From Octopus vulgaris (lineage: Eukaryota): a DNA stretch of 64,000 nucleotides. Made by a program: the position numbers and the translations under genes. The stretch lies in NCBI GenBank assembly GCA_951406725.2, contig OX597831.1, positions 33,170,001 to 33,234,000 of the forward strand. Direction: 5' to 3'. This document shows positions 41,725 to 57,383 of the stretch, in pieces. Position 1 is the first letter of the stretch; every line of letters starts with the position of its first letter. Below the pieces are notes generated by a model that made no database searches, had not been told where the DNA came from, and saw only the letters and a list, made by a program, of their open reading frames with translations.

Positions 41725-41890
41725 TAGCGGCATTTCGTTTGTCTTTACATTCTGAGTTCAAATTTCACCGAAGTCGAATTTACCTTTCATCTTTTCGGAG
41801 TCAATAAAATAAATACCAGTTACAAACTGGGGTAGATGTAATCGACTTACTCCCTTCCCTGAATTTACTGGTCAAAATCCGGAAACAATA
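41725..41890 (+). mobile_element. SINE A, diverged
   Basis: CTGAGTTCAAATTTCACCGAAGTCGAATTTACCTTTCATC core. Confidence 0.75.
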
Positions 41891-42729
41891 TTTTTAACAG
41901 ACCAGGGTCCAGCATAAGAGAAAATTTCGCTGTTATTTCATGCATTAGGATCGACCACCAAGTAGCCACATGGTTTGATCAATTAGAATCTACCACCCCA
42001 TTCCCCCACATTCGAAGTATTAAAATCCTAAAGTGAAATACTATAAATCCCTTTGAGAATCGAAACAGCTTACCATCGGTAGCCAGCCTGTGATCTTACC
42101 TATTGCACTGGGGCACCTCATTTCAGGCTGTAAGTAATAACGTTAATAGGAGCGTGATGAATATTTTATGGACTCCATGTTTGTTTTCTAAAGATGTACA
42201 ATGGAATGAGTTTTTTGTGGGGGTGGGTAGGGAGGGATCGGGGAGGGGTGGGAGTGCCGTCACTTTTAAACTTTTGTTGTTCTTTTTTTGTTTAGGAGGG
42301 GCGGGCGGGACGAGCTTGTTTAAAAGGTACAATAAAACAAGTAGTATATGTGTGTGTGTGTGTGTGTGTGTATGTGTGTGCCTGTGTGTGTGCGCGCGCG
42401 CAAATTTATATGTAAGTATGCACTACATACACAAATACAAGAACATAGGCATACAGACACACACATACTCACACACAAACACACATTCACACACGCACGC
42501 ATGCACACACATATTCACACACATATTCACACACACATATATTCACACACACATTCACACGCACACACGCACACACACGCACACACATTCTCACAAACAC
42601 ACATTCACACACAAACACACACACACAGACACACGTATGTATGTATACACTTTACGAGTTTGCACGTGTTTATGTTTTGTGTCTGTATATATACATATTT
42701 ATGTAAGTCTATACTTGTATGCAATGTGT

Positions 42730-42771
<42 letters not shown>

Positions 42772-42884
42772 TATATATATACATATATATACATATATAT
42801 ATATGTATTTATATTTATGCATACATACATACATACATACATATATACATACATATGTATATAAAGAGATAGATAGATATACAT

Positions 42885-42994
<110 letters not shown>

Positions 42995-43161
42995 CTTATA
43001 CATATACATACGTATATATCTCTCTCTCTCTATGTATATGTATATACGTGTGTGTGTGTATATAGAGAGAAAGCTAGAGAAATGTATATACGTATGTATG
43101 TATGTGAAGGTGTATATATAGATATATGTGTATGTATTTGCATATATCTTAGGATACATAC

Positions 43162-43205
<44 letters not shown>

Positions 43206-43365
43206 GTGTGTGTGTGTGCGCGCGCGTGCTTCGTGCTAACATTTTTTTCCCCCCCATTTTAATCTTCAGCCGGAAATTTCTAGCTGCCTCTCCACCTAAA
43301 AATTTCCCACAACACAATCTATACGGTGCTTTACACACACGCACACACACGCACACAAACGCACA

Positions 43366-43422
<57 letters not shown>

Positions 43423-43897
43423 CACATACTCATTCTCTCTCTCTCTCTCTTTCTGTCTCTCCCTTCTCTCTCTGCTTTCACCCGTCTCCACTCACCTTTC
43501 ACTTCTCCCTTCCCACCTCCTCTTATCCCTACTCTCTCCTCTTCTTTTCTAGTACTCCTCCCCGTACTCTCTCTCTTCCCTCTCTTTCCCCCTTCATTCT
43601 CCTCTCTCCTTTTCTTCCTTCATACCATCATATGAACTGTCTTCGTCTTCTCTTTCTGTCTTTCTTTATTTCTTCTTTTCTTTCTTTCTTTCTTTCTTCT
43701 TTCTTTCCTTCTTTCTTTCTTCTTCTTTTCTGCCTTTTTTCTTGCTTTCTTTCTTTCTTCTTTCTTTTCTTTCTCTCTTTCTCTTTTTCTTTCTTTCTTT
43801 CTTTTCTTTCTTTCTGTCTTTTTTCTTTCTTTCTTTCTTCTTTCTTTCTTTCTTTCTTTCTATCTTTCTTTTCTTTCTTTCTATCTTTCTATCTTTT

Positions 43898-43956
<59 letters not shown>

Positions 43957-44354
43957 CACTCTCTTTTTCTTCTGCCTGTCTTTGCCCCTCACTTTTATCT
44001 CAGTCTCTCTCCTCATACTTGACACCCCTCCTAGGCTACCACCTCCTCCTCTCCCTCCCTCCTCCTCCACCACCACCTCCTCTTCCTCTCCCTCCCACCC
44101 CTCCTCCTCTATTCCCTCATCTCTATGCTCTCCAACGCTTCCTTTCTCCTCCTTCTCGACCATTACTTTCCCCCCACATCTCATCTCCCACCATTCTCTT
44201 GTCTCTTTCCTCTCCCTCGCCTCATCTCCGTTGCTCTCTTCTCATCTGCCTTATTTCATTCCGCTCCACTCTTGCCCCCTCCTCTTCCACCTCCTCCGTC
44301 CTCTCCTTTCTCTTCTATATATATATATGTACATACATTTATATGTGTACGTGT

Positions 44355-44387
<33 letters not shown>

Positions 44388-44412
44388 CAGACAGACAGAC
44401 AGACAGACAGAC

Positions 44413-44500
<88 letters not shown>

Positions 44501-44610
44501 GAACAGAGAGAAGGTAGAGATAGATAACTAAGTTTTGCGCATTTACAAATGTATACATACACACACACATGTACAAATGTATACATACACACACACATGT
44601 ACAAATGTAT

Positions 44611-44646
<36 letters not shown>

Positions 44647-44734
44647 ACACTCACTCACATACGCGCACACACACGCGCACGCATACACACGAAAACACAC
44701 ACATACGCACACACACACATACATATATACATAA

Positions 44735-44880
44735 GATGGGCTTCTTTCAGTTTCCATCTATCAAATCTATTCACAAGGCTTTGGTCGACCCGAGGCTATA
44801 GAACAAGACACTTGCCCAAGGTGCCACACAGTGGGACTGAACCCGGAACCATGTGAGTGGGAAGCAGATTTCTTACCACA
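44735..44880 (-). mobile_element. SINE B 5' half
   Basis: ACTTGCCCAAGGTGCCACACAGTGGGACTGAACCC. Confidence 0.8.
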
Positions 44881-45533
44881 GAATAAACTTGTCTCTACCA
44901 GACGATTGGTTCCTATACCAAAGTCTACCAACAAAACTCAATCCAAATAGCTATACATCTTTCCCTTTTCCTCCTCCTTCTCCACATTCTACTCCTCCCC
45001 TTCCTATCTTCCTCCTCCCTCTTCTCCTCCTCTTCCTCCGCCTCCCCTCCTCCTCTTACTATCGTCCTTCTCCACCCCTATCCTCTTCCTCTATCCTTCT
45101 ACCCTATCCTCCTCTGTCATACTACCCTATTCTCCTCCTCCGCCTCTTCCTCCTACTCCTACCTTATCCTCCTACTCTTATTATTCTCCTTCTAACCTTA
45201 TCCTCCTTCTACTGCTCCTATCTAGCTTCTATTCTTCTTCCTCCTCCTTTTCCTCTTATCCTCCTCCTCCTTCTATACTTCTCCTCCTGCTTCTCCTCTT
45301 ATCCGCCGCCGTCTTCTCCTTTTCTTCCCCTCCTCCTTCTTTCCCATTTTCCTTTCCCTCTTTTCCACACACCTTTCACTTTTCTCCTTGCGCCTGCTCT
45401 TACCGCTACCTTTTCCTCTCTATTGCTATCACATCTACTATTATAACTACAACTACTCTCTCTCCTTTTTCCCACTTCCTTCCTCCCACACTTCTCCACA
45501 TATCACCACACCACCTGCCTTCTTGTTCCACAC

Positions 45534-45570
<37 letters not shown>

Positions 45571-45639
45571 ACTCTTCTCTTTCGATAAAGTGCGTAGCTC
45601 AGAGCTTAGTGTCACTCCAAATCGAACCGCTGCTTCTCC

Positions 45640-45775
45640 ACATTGAAAGATCACTCGTCTTGTACTACAGACATGAGATTAGCATGTCACACGGAAGAAT
45701 CGCAAGCACAGATTCTTCAAACCAAACCAACCGGCGGGAGATCTAGGGGTAGACCAAGGATGACATATCCACAGC
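45640..45775 (+). mobile_element. Degenerate RTE-X-like ORF C-terminal fragment
   Basis: MRLACH...QILQTKPTGGRSRGRPRMTYP resembles the RL.GH...W.P..G.R.RGRP..TY motif. Confidence 0.45.
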
Positions 45776-45932
45776 CGCAGGCGTCGTTTGGTGGCAAGAA
45801 GCCTGCTCCCCAGCCACATAGTACCGGGTTCAGTCCCACTGCGTGGCACCTTGGGCAAGTGTCATCTACTACAGCCTTGGGCTGACCAAAGCCTTGTGAG
45901 GGGATTTGATAGATGGAAACCGAAAGCCGTCG
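45775..45932 (+). mobile_element. SINE B 5' half
   Basis: GGGTTCAGTCCCACTGCGTGGCACCTTGGGCAAGTG. Confidence 0.8.
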
Positions 45933-45957
45933 TATATATATATATATATATATATAT

Positions 45958-46353
45958 ACTCTTTTACTTGTTTCAGTCATCTGACTACGGCCATGCTGGA
46001 GCACCGCCTTTAATCGAGCAACTCGACCCCGGGACTTATTCTTTTGTAAGCCCAGTACTTATTCTATCAGTCTCTTTTGTCGAACCGCTAAGTAACGGAG
46101 ACATAAACACACCAGCATCGGTTGTCAAGCAATGGTAGGGGACAAACACAGACACACAAACACACACACGCATACATATATATACATATATACGACGGGC
46201 TTCTTTCAGTTTCCGTCTACCAAATCCACTCACAAAGCTTTGGTCGGCCCGAAGCTATAGTAGAAGACACTTGCTCAAGGTTCCACGCAGTGGGACTGAA
46301 CCCGGAACCATGTGGTTGGTAAACAAGCTACTTACCACACAGCCACTCCTGCG

Positions 46354-46356
<3 letters not shown>
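45958..46356 (-). mobile_element. Full-length SINE B
   Basis: GGCGCAGGAGTGGCTGTGTGG head, CORE-like segment, internal TA/TG repeat, GGTGCTCCAGCATGGCC...TGAAACAAGTAAAAG tail. Confidence 0.92.
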
Positions 46357-46405
<49 letters not shown>

Positions 46406-46411
<6 letters not shown>

Positions 46412-46530
46412 ATAGAAGGAGCTTCTACAGGACTAGAACTGTTTCATTCAAAAGAAATCATCATGAGCTTCCTGATGATTTCTTTTGAATGAAACAGTTC
46501 TAGTCCTGTAGAAGCTCCTTCTATAAAATA
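46406..46530. repeat. Perfect inverted repeat containing a hammerhead
   Basis: ATTTTATAGAAGGAGCTTCTACAGG...AAATCATCA mirrored. Confidence 0.92.
46466..46516 (+). ncRNA. Canonical type I hammerhead ribozyme
   Basis: AGCUUC-CUGAUGA-UUUC-UUUU-GAAU-GAAA-CAG-UUCUAGUC-CUG-UA-GAAGCU. Confidence 0.88.
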
Positions 46531-46598
46531 AATTAATTTACTCTGCTATGTATTGAGTACCTTATTTACTGTGGTTAACCCCGACTCAACCCGGGACC

Positions 46599-46673
<75 letters not shown>

Positions 46674-46906
46674 CATATAATAGAAATATTAAAATTAAAA
46701 TAATTAAAATAATTTAATTTAATTTTAATATTTCTATTATATGTAATTTTCTAGATGGTATAATTTAATTGTTCATTTTGAATTGATAAAAGGTGGGGTT
46801 TTTTTCCAATTTATATATATATATTATATTGTGTGAAAATTGATTTAGTATTTCTAAATTGAATTTTTTTCCTTGTAAGTTTGGATTTTATTCCCTCAAA
46901 TAATAA

Positions 46907-46945
<39 letters not shown>

Positions 46946-47067
46946 TTAGATATCTATATAGGGTTGTACATTTTTACTAATTTCACTACCAGTGGCCTAG
47001 CATGTGTAAAAAGTCATAGATGACATATTATTCAATATAAAATAGTGTACATTTGTGTTTAAATGTA

Positions 47068-47135
<68 letters not shown>

Positions 47136-47239
47136 TTCAGCTAGCAGTAACCACGCCTCGGATTTACCTCATTGGCCTCTACGCAAAGTTATATATGTGT
47201 GTGTGTGTGTGTCTGTCTGTGTGTGTGTGTGTGTGCGTG

Positions 47240-47430
47240 TATATGTGTGTCTTTGTGTCTGTGTTTGTCCCGCTCCCACCACCATCGCTTGACAACCTAT
47301 GTTAGTGTGTTTACGTCTCCATAACTTGTTGGTTCGGTCTAAGAGACCAGGGGGTCGATTTCTCTTCGACCAAAAGGCGGTGTTCTAGCATGGCCGCGGT
47401 CAAATGACTGAAACGCGTAAAAGAAAAGTC
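47240..47430 (+). mobile_element. SINE B 3' half
   Basis: ATCGCTTGACAACC...GGCGGTGTTCTAGCATGGCCGCGGTCAAATGACTGAAAC. Confidence 0.8.
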
Positions 47431-47943
47431 TCAGTCGGTCACGCTTGGGTATTCAACCGGAAAACGTAACAGCTGCCTCTGAGAGGACCCTATGGATGGG
47501 GTACGTGAGAACGCTACCCCCATGATACTTCCAGGAATAGTGGACGAAAAAGATCGATGAATGGAGCTCCCCTCTTTCAGTAAATGAGTGCACGACGTAG
47601 AATGTGCAATTAAATATCTATGACAAAATATAATACGGGATCGATTTGTATTGATCCATAATTCTGCATTTCCTGTATCATCTTTGAAGCGTGAAACTCT
47701 CAAGTCTTCTTCGATCGAGCAGAAATTTTGTTTAAAAGTCACTTGGCCGAAATAACATTGCAGTGGGCTTGGAACCGAAACATTATGATTATGAAGCGAA
47801 TTTCTCAAATATTCAGTTATGCGTGCCTAAATGGACACACACATACACACACACACACACACGCACATGTATATATATAATGTATATAAGAAATTGAAAA
47901 AGGAAAATACGCACACTTACATGGTTTTAATATAATTTTTAAT

Positions 47944-47978
47944 ATATCGACCGGTTTCGCTATCGCTATTCATGATAT
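47944..47978 (-). ncRNA. Minimal hammerhead relic with mutated core
   Basis: AUAUC-AUGAAUA-GC-GAUA-GC-GAAA-CCGG-UC-GAUAU. Stems intact; CUGANGA has 2 changes. Confidence 0.4.
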
Positions 47979-48087
47979 TATGTTTTATTTATTTGAATAT
48001 ATATTTTTTCTTAAGAAGAAATTTGGTCCATGTCGTGTGTGATGAAATTCACTCGTGAATTTCATCACACGCATCATTAAAAATTAT

Positions 48088-48162
48088 ATTTACTTGTTTC
48101 AGTCATTTGACTGCGGTCATGCTGGAGCACCGCTTTTAGTCGCACAAATCGAACACGGGACT

Positions 48163-48248
<86 letters not shown>

Positions 48249-48600
48249 TGTTGTGTGTGTGTGTGTGTGTGTGTGATACGACGGGCTTCTTTAAGTTCCC
48301 GTCTACCAAATTCACTCACAATGTGCCACGCAGTGGAGCTGGACCCATAACCATGTGGTTAGGAAGGAATATTCTTACCACACAGCCCCAAACGGCGGTC
48401 TGGCAGAATCATTAGCATGCTGGGCGAAATGCCTCCGGACATTTCATCCGCCTTTACTTTCTAAGTTCAAATTCCACCGAAGTCGCCTTCGCCTTTCATC
48501 CTTTCGGGGTCTATAATTGTGAATTATTGGGAAATGGGGCCGATCTAATCGACCAACAGCCATTCCTGTATTGCTAGCCTTGTGCCAAAATTTGAAACCA
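48088..48600. mobile_element. Deleted SINE B (minus, 48088-48388) and SINE A (plus, 48390-48600)
   Basis: Family motifs as above. Confidence 0.8.
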
Positions 48601-48807
48601 TTTCCACATGTAGCGTATTGTGTGCATGTATATGTTTGCACGTATGAATGCAAGTACGTATATATTAATACATGTACATTTGTATGTATGGATGTATGGG
48701 CAAAAGTATGTATGACTTATTGTATGCATATTTGTGTATGTGTATATACATATGCCACTTTGTAAGGGCGTGTGTACGCTTCTGTGAATGTATGTCTAAA
48801 TGAATGA

Positions 48808-48978
<171 letters not shown>

Positions 48979-49119
48979 TAAGTATGTATGTATACATGTA
49001 TACATACAGTCATACATAAGTATTTACCGATTTACTTGTGCATTTTGTACGGATGTAGATGTTTATACATGCAAGTTTTTATGTATGTATGTACGTATGT
49101 ATGTATGTATGTATGTATG

Positions 49120-49150
<31 letters not shown>

Positions 49151-49433
49151 TGTATGTATGTATGTATGTATGTATGTATGAATGTATGTATATATGTATG
49201 TATGCATGTATGAATGTATGTATGTATGTGTGTATGTATGTTGGTATGTATGTATGCATGTATTAATGTATGTGTATGTATCAGATATATATGTATGCAG
49301 GTATGTATGTGTGAATGCATGCATGTATGAATGTGTGTGTGTATATTTGTATATATGTATGTATGTATGTACGTATATACATTTGTATGTATATATGCAT
49401 GTACGTATATACATTTGTATGTATATATGCATG

Positions 49434-49494
<61 letters not shown>

Positions 49495-49850
49495 TCATCT
49501 ATGTGCATCTCTCAACATGTTTATACGCATGTGTATTCCCACATGATTATGTAGTGCAATTAATTACTACAAATTTTATACATACTCGATGCTATTAATT
49601 TTATTTATGAATCCGTTCTCTAAAATTGTGCGAAAAATTCACATTTATCACCGATAAATTACAAATATATTTGTTAACAATTAATGTTGTTGATGTCCTT
49701 GTTTTCCATATCGTTAACAGTGTTTATGGTTTTTTTTTCCTACACGCCGCCACCATCTTGTTAGCTCTCCTTGTTGCTTGTATTTTATTTACTACTTTTA
49801 ATATTTTCTTTTACTCTGTGTGTGTGTGTGTGTCTGTGTATGTGTGTATG

Positions 49851-49923
<73 letters not shown>

Positions 49924-50174
49924 GAAGTGTGAAAATTTGTATAATAGGAGTTGTGTTGCTTGTTACGTTTGTGGTGAAGGTATGGGCGGTAATTGTTGTA
50001 TGTATTCGTGTTTGTCTGCGATTTTTCGTTGTTTTTTTTTGTTTGCAGTGTTTGCGATGCTATTTAATATCCAACATAAAACATACGATAAAATATATTC
50101 TGTATGTTGTCCAAACATAAAGTTTACTGACGTTCACACTCACTCTAAAACCGAGAGACTTGAATATACTTATA

Positions 50175-50408
50175 TATTTCTTTAGTACCCACAAGGGGCT
50201 AAACACAGAGGAGACAAACAAGGACGGACAAAGGGATTAAGTCGATTACATCGACCCCAGTGCGTAACTGGTACTTAATTTATCGACCCCGGAAAGATGA
50301 AAAGCAAATTCGACCTCGGCGGAATTTGAACTCGGAACGTAACGGCAGACGAAATACGGCAACGCATTTCGCCCGGCGTACTAACGTTTCTACCAGCTCG
50401 CCGCCTCT
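50175..50408 (-). mobile_element. SINE A, full copy
   Basis: Matches the units at 1344-2252. Confidence 0.9.
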
Positions 50409-50492
50409 AAATGAATATACATATATGAATGCATACGCGCATTCACACGTACGTGAATCTATGCATGCATAAACACACGCATGCACACACAC

Positions 50493-50556
<64 letters not shown>

Positions 50557-50561
50557 ATACA

Positions 50562-50610
<49 letters not shown>

Positions 50611-50734
50611 GCACATATACGCACATACAAACATATATACATGCGTATGTATATGTATGTTTATGTATAGGTATACGTGGTAGAACGTATAGCTTTTGAA
50701 ATTCTCTCTCTGTGGAATTTAACCAGACGAATAT

Positions 50735-50927
50735 ATTCTTTTTCTACTCTGGGCACAAGGCTCGAAACTTTTGGGACGGGGTTTATTGGTACTTAATTTA
50801 TCATCCCCGAAAGGATGAAAGGTAAAGTCGACCTCGGCGGAATTTGAACTCAGAACGTAGCGGCAGACGAAATACCGCTAAGCATTTCGCCCGGTGTGCT
50901 AACGATTCTGCCAGCTCGCCGCCTTAC
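50735..50927 (-). mobile_element. SINE A with alternative tail
   Basis: Core matches; tail CCTTGTGCCCAGAGTAGAAAAG. Confidence 0.88.
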
Positions 50928-51056
50928 CAGACGTAAATATTGATAAATCCTGTTATTCTTTTTGTACACAGAAAAAATACAGAAGATTAGTTATGTGTAT
51001 GCGTGTATGTGTGTGTGTGTGTACACACGTATATATATATATATATATATATATAC

Positions 51057-51438
51057 TTTTACTCTTTTACTTGTTTCCGTCATTTGACTGCGGCCATGCT
51101 GGAGCATCGCCTTTAGTCGAACAAATCGACCCCAGAACTTATTCTTTGTAGTACTTATTTTATCGGTCTCTTTTGCCGAACCGCTAAGTTACGGGGAGGT
51201 AAACACTCTAGCATTGTTTGTCAAGCGATGTTGGGGGGACAAACACACACACACACATATATACATATACATATATACGACGGGCTTCTTTCAGTTTCCG
51301 TCTACCAAGTCCACTCACAAGGCTTTGGTCGGCCCGAGGCTATAGTAGAAGACACTTGCCCAAAGTGCCACGCAGTGGGACTGAACCCGGAACCATGTGG
51401 TTGGTAAGCAAGCTATTTACCACACAGCCACTCCTGCG

Positions 51439-51441
<3 letters not shown>
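51057..51441 (-). mobile_element. Full-length SINE B
   Basis: Collinear with 45958-46356. Confidence 0.92.
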
Positions 51442-51480
<39 letters not shown>

Positions 51481-52940
51481 TGTATACGCATATATATGTA
51501 CATATGTATATACACATACACACATACATATATACATATACTATTTGGGGGTTAACAATCCTACGAATTGTTTCATGAGGAACGAATTTCAAGCTCCACT
51601 TAGAAATGTTGGTAATCGCCTCCATTTTGGATTGACCCATTCGTAATGGAGACGATAACCAACATTTTAAAGTTGATCGCTTGAAAATTATGGAAATTCT
51701 TTCCATATGAAAACATTGGTAGTATTGTTAATTAACAAAATATATTTCAATGAAATATTCCGATATCATTGTTGACTGTCAATTATAATCATTTAAGAGG
51801 TGTATAAACCTTTCAATGACAGGTTTATACTGTGCTATTCATAGCTGTTCAGATAATTATGTGTTACTGTTCACTATCAATGACATGCTTTATAAGCCAC
51901 TGTTGCTTATGAGTTACATATCGACAGCATTTGTTCACTGTAAATAACATAGTTATCCAGCACTGTTCAGTGTCAATGAAATGTTTATACAGCACTGTTC
52001 ACTGTTCACCGTTTATATCTTTCTTCTACACCGTTTACATCTTCCTTATATAGTATGTGTGAATGTTGCAAAGGAATATTTGTCCTCAAAACGCAATGTT
52101 TTATCACCATTCAATACATTAATTACAGTGAGAATATATTTTATTGTCTCTTGAAATAAAATTGTTTCAAAATACGAATTCATATCAGGAATCGCATCAA
52201 AAAGGAAATACTAAAACGAAATGAAATTATATTCACAAGAATTAAAGAATTGGGAGGGAAACGAATGAATGTCTTCACTTCACTAGTTTGATTTTTCGTT
52301 CAAATCATTATAATCTAACAGTTTCTGAGTGACAAAGTATCTACACATAAGTATACAATATTTATCCTTATTATATATATATGAGTAGGTATGCTTATAT
52401 AGCTATAGCCCACACTTTTTTTATGTATGTACGTATACATGCATGTATATATGTAAGTATGTAAGTATGTATGTATCTAAGCATGTATACATGTACGTAT
52501 GTACACATATAAACATATATATTGAAGAAGTGCGTATGTTTGTGCACTTATATAAGTTATGTACGTATGTGTATGTATGCTTATCTAAACACACATACAC
52601 ACACGTATTCACATACGCATATACACACACATTCACACATATCTAAACGTATACATATACTCACGTGCACAAAACAGACATACAATAATATGTGCGTACG
52701 AGAATGTCATGTGTGTTTGAATAAATACATACATACCCATATGTATGTATATCCATATATGTACGTATCGATGTATAAATAAGTATGCAAAGAAAATATA
52801 TACATATTAAAAATATCTATAAATTTAATATGTATATAATAGTTATATTACAACACGTATATTATATTATATAGAATAGCTCTGTTATATGTATATTTAG
52901 ATATAACTATATATCATATATGTGGGTACTTGTATGCCTG

Positions 52941-53025
<85 letters not shown>

Positions 53026-53233
53026 ATAGACATATATATAATGCATAACATCGTAAGGCTTTATAAATACTACCAATATGTCTATACCGTTATTGTATTT
53101 CGGTTTCATTGGAAGTTAATTTCATATAGAGACGCCATATTTTAAAATGTCTGACAAAGTAACAAAACTAATAATAATGATAACAACAACAACAATAATA
53201 ATAATAATAATGATAATAATAATAATAATGATG

Positions 53234-53287
<54 letters not shown>

Positions 53288-53323
53288 GTGATGGTGATGA
53301 TGATAATGATGATGATGATGAAG

Positions 53324-53359
<36 letters not shown>

Positions 53360-53413
53360 GCGATGGTGATGGTGATGATGATAATGATGATGATGATGAA
53401 GATAATAATAATG

Positions 53414-53490
<77 letters not shown>

Positions 53491-53860
53491 TACAGTAGTA
53501 ATAGTAAACCTTTAAATCGAAGTGTCGTAGAGAGGTGTTATGGCGGTATTAGATTGTCAAATTGACTGTACAAGTTAGGTTTAGGCGGGAATACATTCAG
53601 CACGCATCCCAAAGAAAAAGGAAACGACGCAACACATCAGATTAACAGATTTACTCAATTGGATTTCCAGAACCAACCAATTTTCATTTCATTTTGCCAT
53701 ATTGGAATACGTTCGTCGAAAATCAGCTTCATACAATTTTAATCCGAAATATGATAGCAAGGTGCGAAAAGAGAACCAAAATGAAGACACGAATAAGGGG
53801 CTGGGGGATTTACTTTCGTTGAGGGTTTTTTTTTTTATTCTTTCTTTTTAATTCTTTCTA

Positions 53861-53919
<59 letters not shown>

Positions 53920-54935
53920 TTTTTTTTTTTTTTTTTTCCTTCTTCTAAAAGCAAATTTCGCGCGGCTGAAGGACAAAAATCTTTCCCAGAAACTTCATTG
54001 CATCGTTTTCTCAAAGCAGTTTTGCTGTATTCCCAAGCTGGCTGTCGTTATTGTTTAATTCTATTGTCATTCTTTCTCTTTATCTCCCTATGTCCCTCCC
54101 ACCCATCTCTCTCTCTCTCTCTCTCTCTCTCCCTAACTCTCTACCTCTCTTTTTCTTTCTCTCTTTGTATCTCTCTTTATCTCTTTTTCTCTTTTTATAT
54201 TGCTCTCTCTTTTTCTCTCTCCATCTTTATCTTTCGCTTTATCGCTCTCTTTCTAATTCTCTCTTTATCTTCCTCTCTCTCTCTCTTTCTTCTTTCTTCA
54301 TCTATCCATTTTATATATCTTTCTCTCTCCCTTTCTCTCACTCTCTCTTCCTTTCTCTCACCCTCTCTCTCTTTTCTCCCACCCTCTCTCTCCTTTTCTC
54401 TCACTCTCTCTTTATATTTATCTCTCACTTTTTCACCTTATTTCTCGTTCTTTCCCGCTTCCCTCTCTCTCTCTCTCTTTCTTTCCCTCACTCACTCCCT
54501 CTCCCTTTCCCTCTGTCTCTGTCTGTCCGCCTGCCGGTCTGTCTGTCTGCCTGCCTGCCTTTCTGTCTGTCTATCTGTCTCTCTCTCTCTCTTTCTCCCT
54601 CCCTCTCTCCCTCTCCCTCTTTATCCCTCTCTCTCCCTCTCTCCCTCTCCCCCTCTCTCTCTCTTTCTCTCTCTTTCCCTCTCTTTATCTCTAAATTTTA
54701 TCGTTCACAACAGGACCTACAGCTACATTTGTCACTTCCGTCGCATCTCTTACCGCTAATTTCTGCCATTTTGTCTCCATAGGAAATGTGTGGAAGCACG
54801 CACGCATGCGCACTCATAAGACTATGTGTGTATGTGTGAGTGTGTTTGTTGTGTGTGTAAGAACAATGTTTTAGGAATTATTGGTGCTACTGACGCGATT
54901 TATTGATAATAAAGCAGTAAAATACACATATATAT

Positions 54936-55004
<69 letters not shown>

Positions 55005-55121
55005 TAGATACATATATATATCTATCTATCTATATATATATATATATGCATATATATATTATGTATATTATATATTTATGTACACACATACAAAGATATA
55101 AACACACACACACACACACAC

Positions 55122-55173
<52 letters not shown>

Positions 55174-55248
55174 GTATACGTAGATGTGTGTATATGCTTT
55201 TATGTGTATGTGTGAGCTGTATATATGTATGTGTGGGTACACACACAT

Positions 55249-55283
<35 letters not shown>

Positions 55284-56220
55284 ACGCACGCATACACACT
55301 CACATATACACGGGTGAATGTGAAAATACGTACATCTCCTCATCCCGCAACCCCACGACCACGTCCACGTCCAACCGTTCTGCTCCATAGCCTTATCCTC
55401 TTCCTCCTCCCCTCCCTCAACACCCCCACCACCACCGCCTCCACCACCTATACCGGCTTTATAATCCAATGAAACCTACTTCTACACATCTGACTAAAGT
55501 TTCCTTCTGTTCACAGGTCACAGCCGGTGCTTTTGATTTCAGCGTTTGGAATCACCTACACGAACTATTTCTACCTGTATTTTATTCTCTTTCTCTCTCC
55601 CTCTCCCTCTCTCTCTCTCTCTCTTTCTTTCTATCTCTCTCTTTCACACACACACGCACTCTCTCTCACACACACACACACTCTCTCTCTCTCACTCCCT
55701 TTCTTTCTTTCTCTTACCTTTTCCAATTTTCTCTCTTCTTTCTTTGTGACTTCCTTTCTTTCATTCTTTCTTGAGATCTTTATTCGTTTCTCTTTCTTTC
55801 CGTCTTTCTTTCTCTATACTTTCTTTCCTTTCATTCATTCATTCATTCCTCCTTCTTTTCCTTCAGTTTTTGTTGGTTTTCTTGCTTGCTTCTTTCTTTC
55901 TTTCCTCCCTTTCTTTCTTTCTTCAAATTCTGTGAATCTCCTGGAAGCTTGTAAGAATTCCATCAACACCACTATCTTCATTATTATTACTTTTCTATAC
56001 GAGTACATTATCATTATCACCACCAACAACAACATTAACACCACCACCATCATCATCACCATTAATATTATTAATGATTCCATCAGCGCAAACTCTTTCT
56101 TCTTCTTCTTCTTCTTCTTCTTCTTCTTCTTCCCACATCTTTCTTTCTTCCTTCCTTTCTGTCTTCCACGTCTTCTTTCTTTCTTAATGTTCTTCCTTTG
56201 TCCAACTCCTCCTCTTCCTC

Positions 56221-56331
<111 letters not shown>

Positions 56332-56986
56332 CTCCTTCTTCCCACTTCTTCCCCTCTTATTCCATCTCGTCCATCTCAACATCATTATTGTTGTTGTTTT
56401 TCCTATAAACGTTCCCCTCTTATGCGTAATTTTGATATAATCATCCCAGCCCTACCCCTTGCACATTCACTTTACCACCCACCATATTAGCTTCATCAAT
56501 ATCCTTTTTACCTAACATCCATATCCATGCTCACCACTTCACATACGCGCACCTCACCAGACATCTAATGATTACACATATAACACCCCACACCTCAGCT
56601 AACCAACGCCACTATACTTCCAGGCTTGTAAACCCGACACACACCACTCACCCTTATGTCCCTTTTCAGACTCTGATATACTCCCTTCTTAACTCTCCTC
56701 GTACAACAGTATTCCCGCATTATTTCAAATATTTTATCAGATCTTTTCCTTCATTGACTATTTATCCGTGTCATACACTTTATACCTTCCTCTTTCTCTA
56801 ACTCTCTCTCTCTCTCTCTCTCCCTCCATCTCCCCCCTCTCTCTCTCTCTCTCTTCCTCTAACGATGAAGAAATTAGATCCGAAACGTTAAGATTCTTTT
56901 AAAACTCTTTTAAATCTTCAAGCTAATTCTTCGGTTGCTAAACCATGTTTCTCTAGTGCAGTCCTTGTTCATTTTATTATTATTAT

Positions 56987-57211
56987 TGAGTGAGAGAGCA
57001 GTGCATGCCATCAAAGTGACACTGGGGTAAAATATACGATGCCCAGTATACCCATCATGACTAACCGTCTGATAAGGGTACACCAGGCACATGCATCACA
57101 ACCATATGTGCGCGACATGGTGATCTCATATCAAGATAAACAGCACATGACCTTGCAGGTGGGGCCCAGTTAGAATTTTCTTCAGTCTGAGTAACCCATC
57201 CCGCTCAAAAG

Positions 57212-57212
<1 letters not shown>
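56987..57212 (-). mobile_element. Second copy of the (TAA)n-embedded retroelement 3' end
   Basis: Matches 18791-19010; (TTA)n on both sides. Confidence 0.7.
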
Positions 57213-57300
<88 letters not shown>

Positions 57301-57383
57301 CAATTGCAGCGTGGAAGGTGTTTGTAAGCCATTTAAGAAACACACAAAAGCCGTTCGATTCACTTCAACATTTAAGTTTAATT

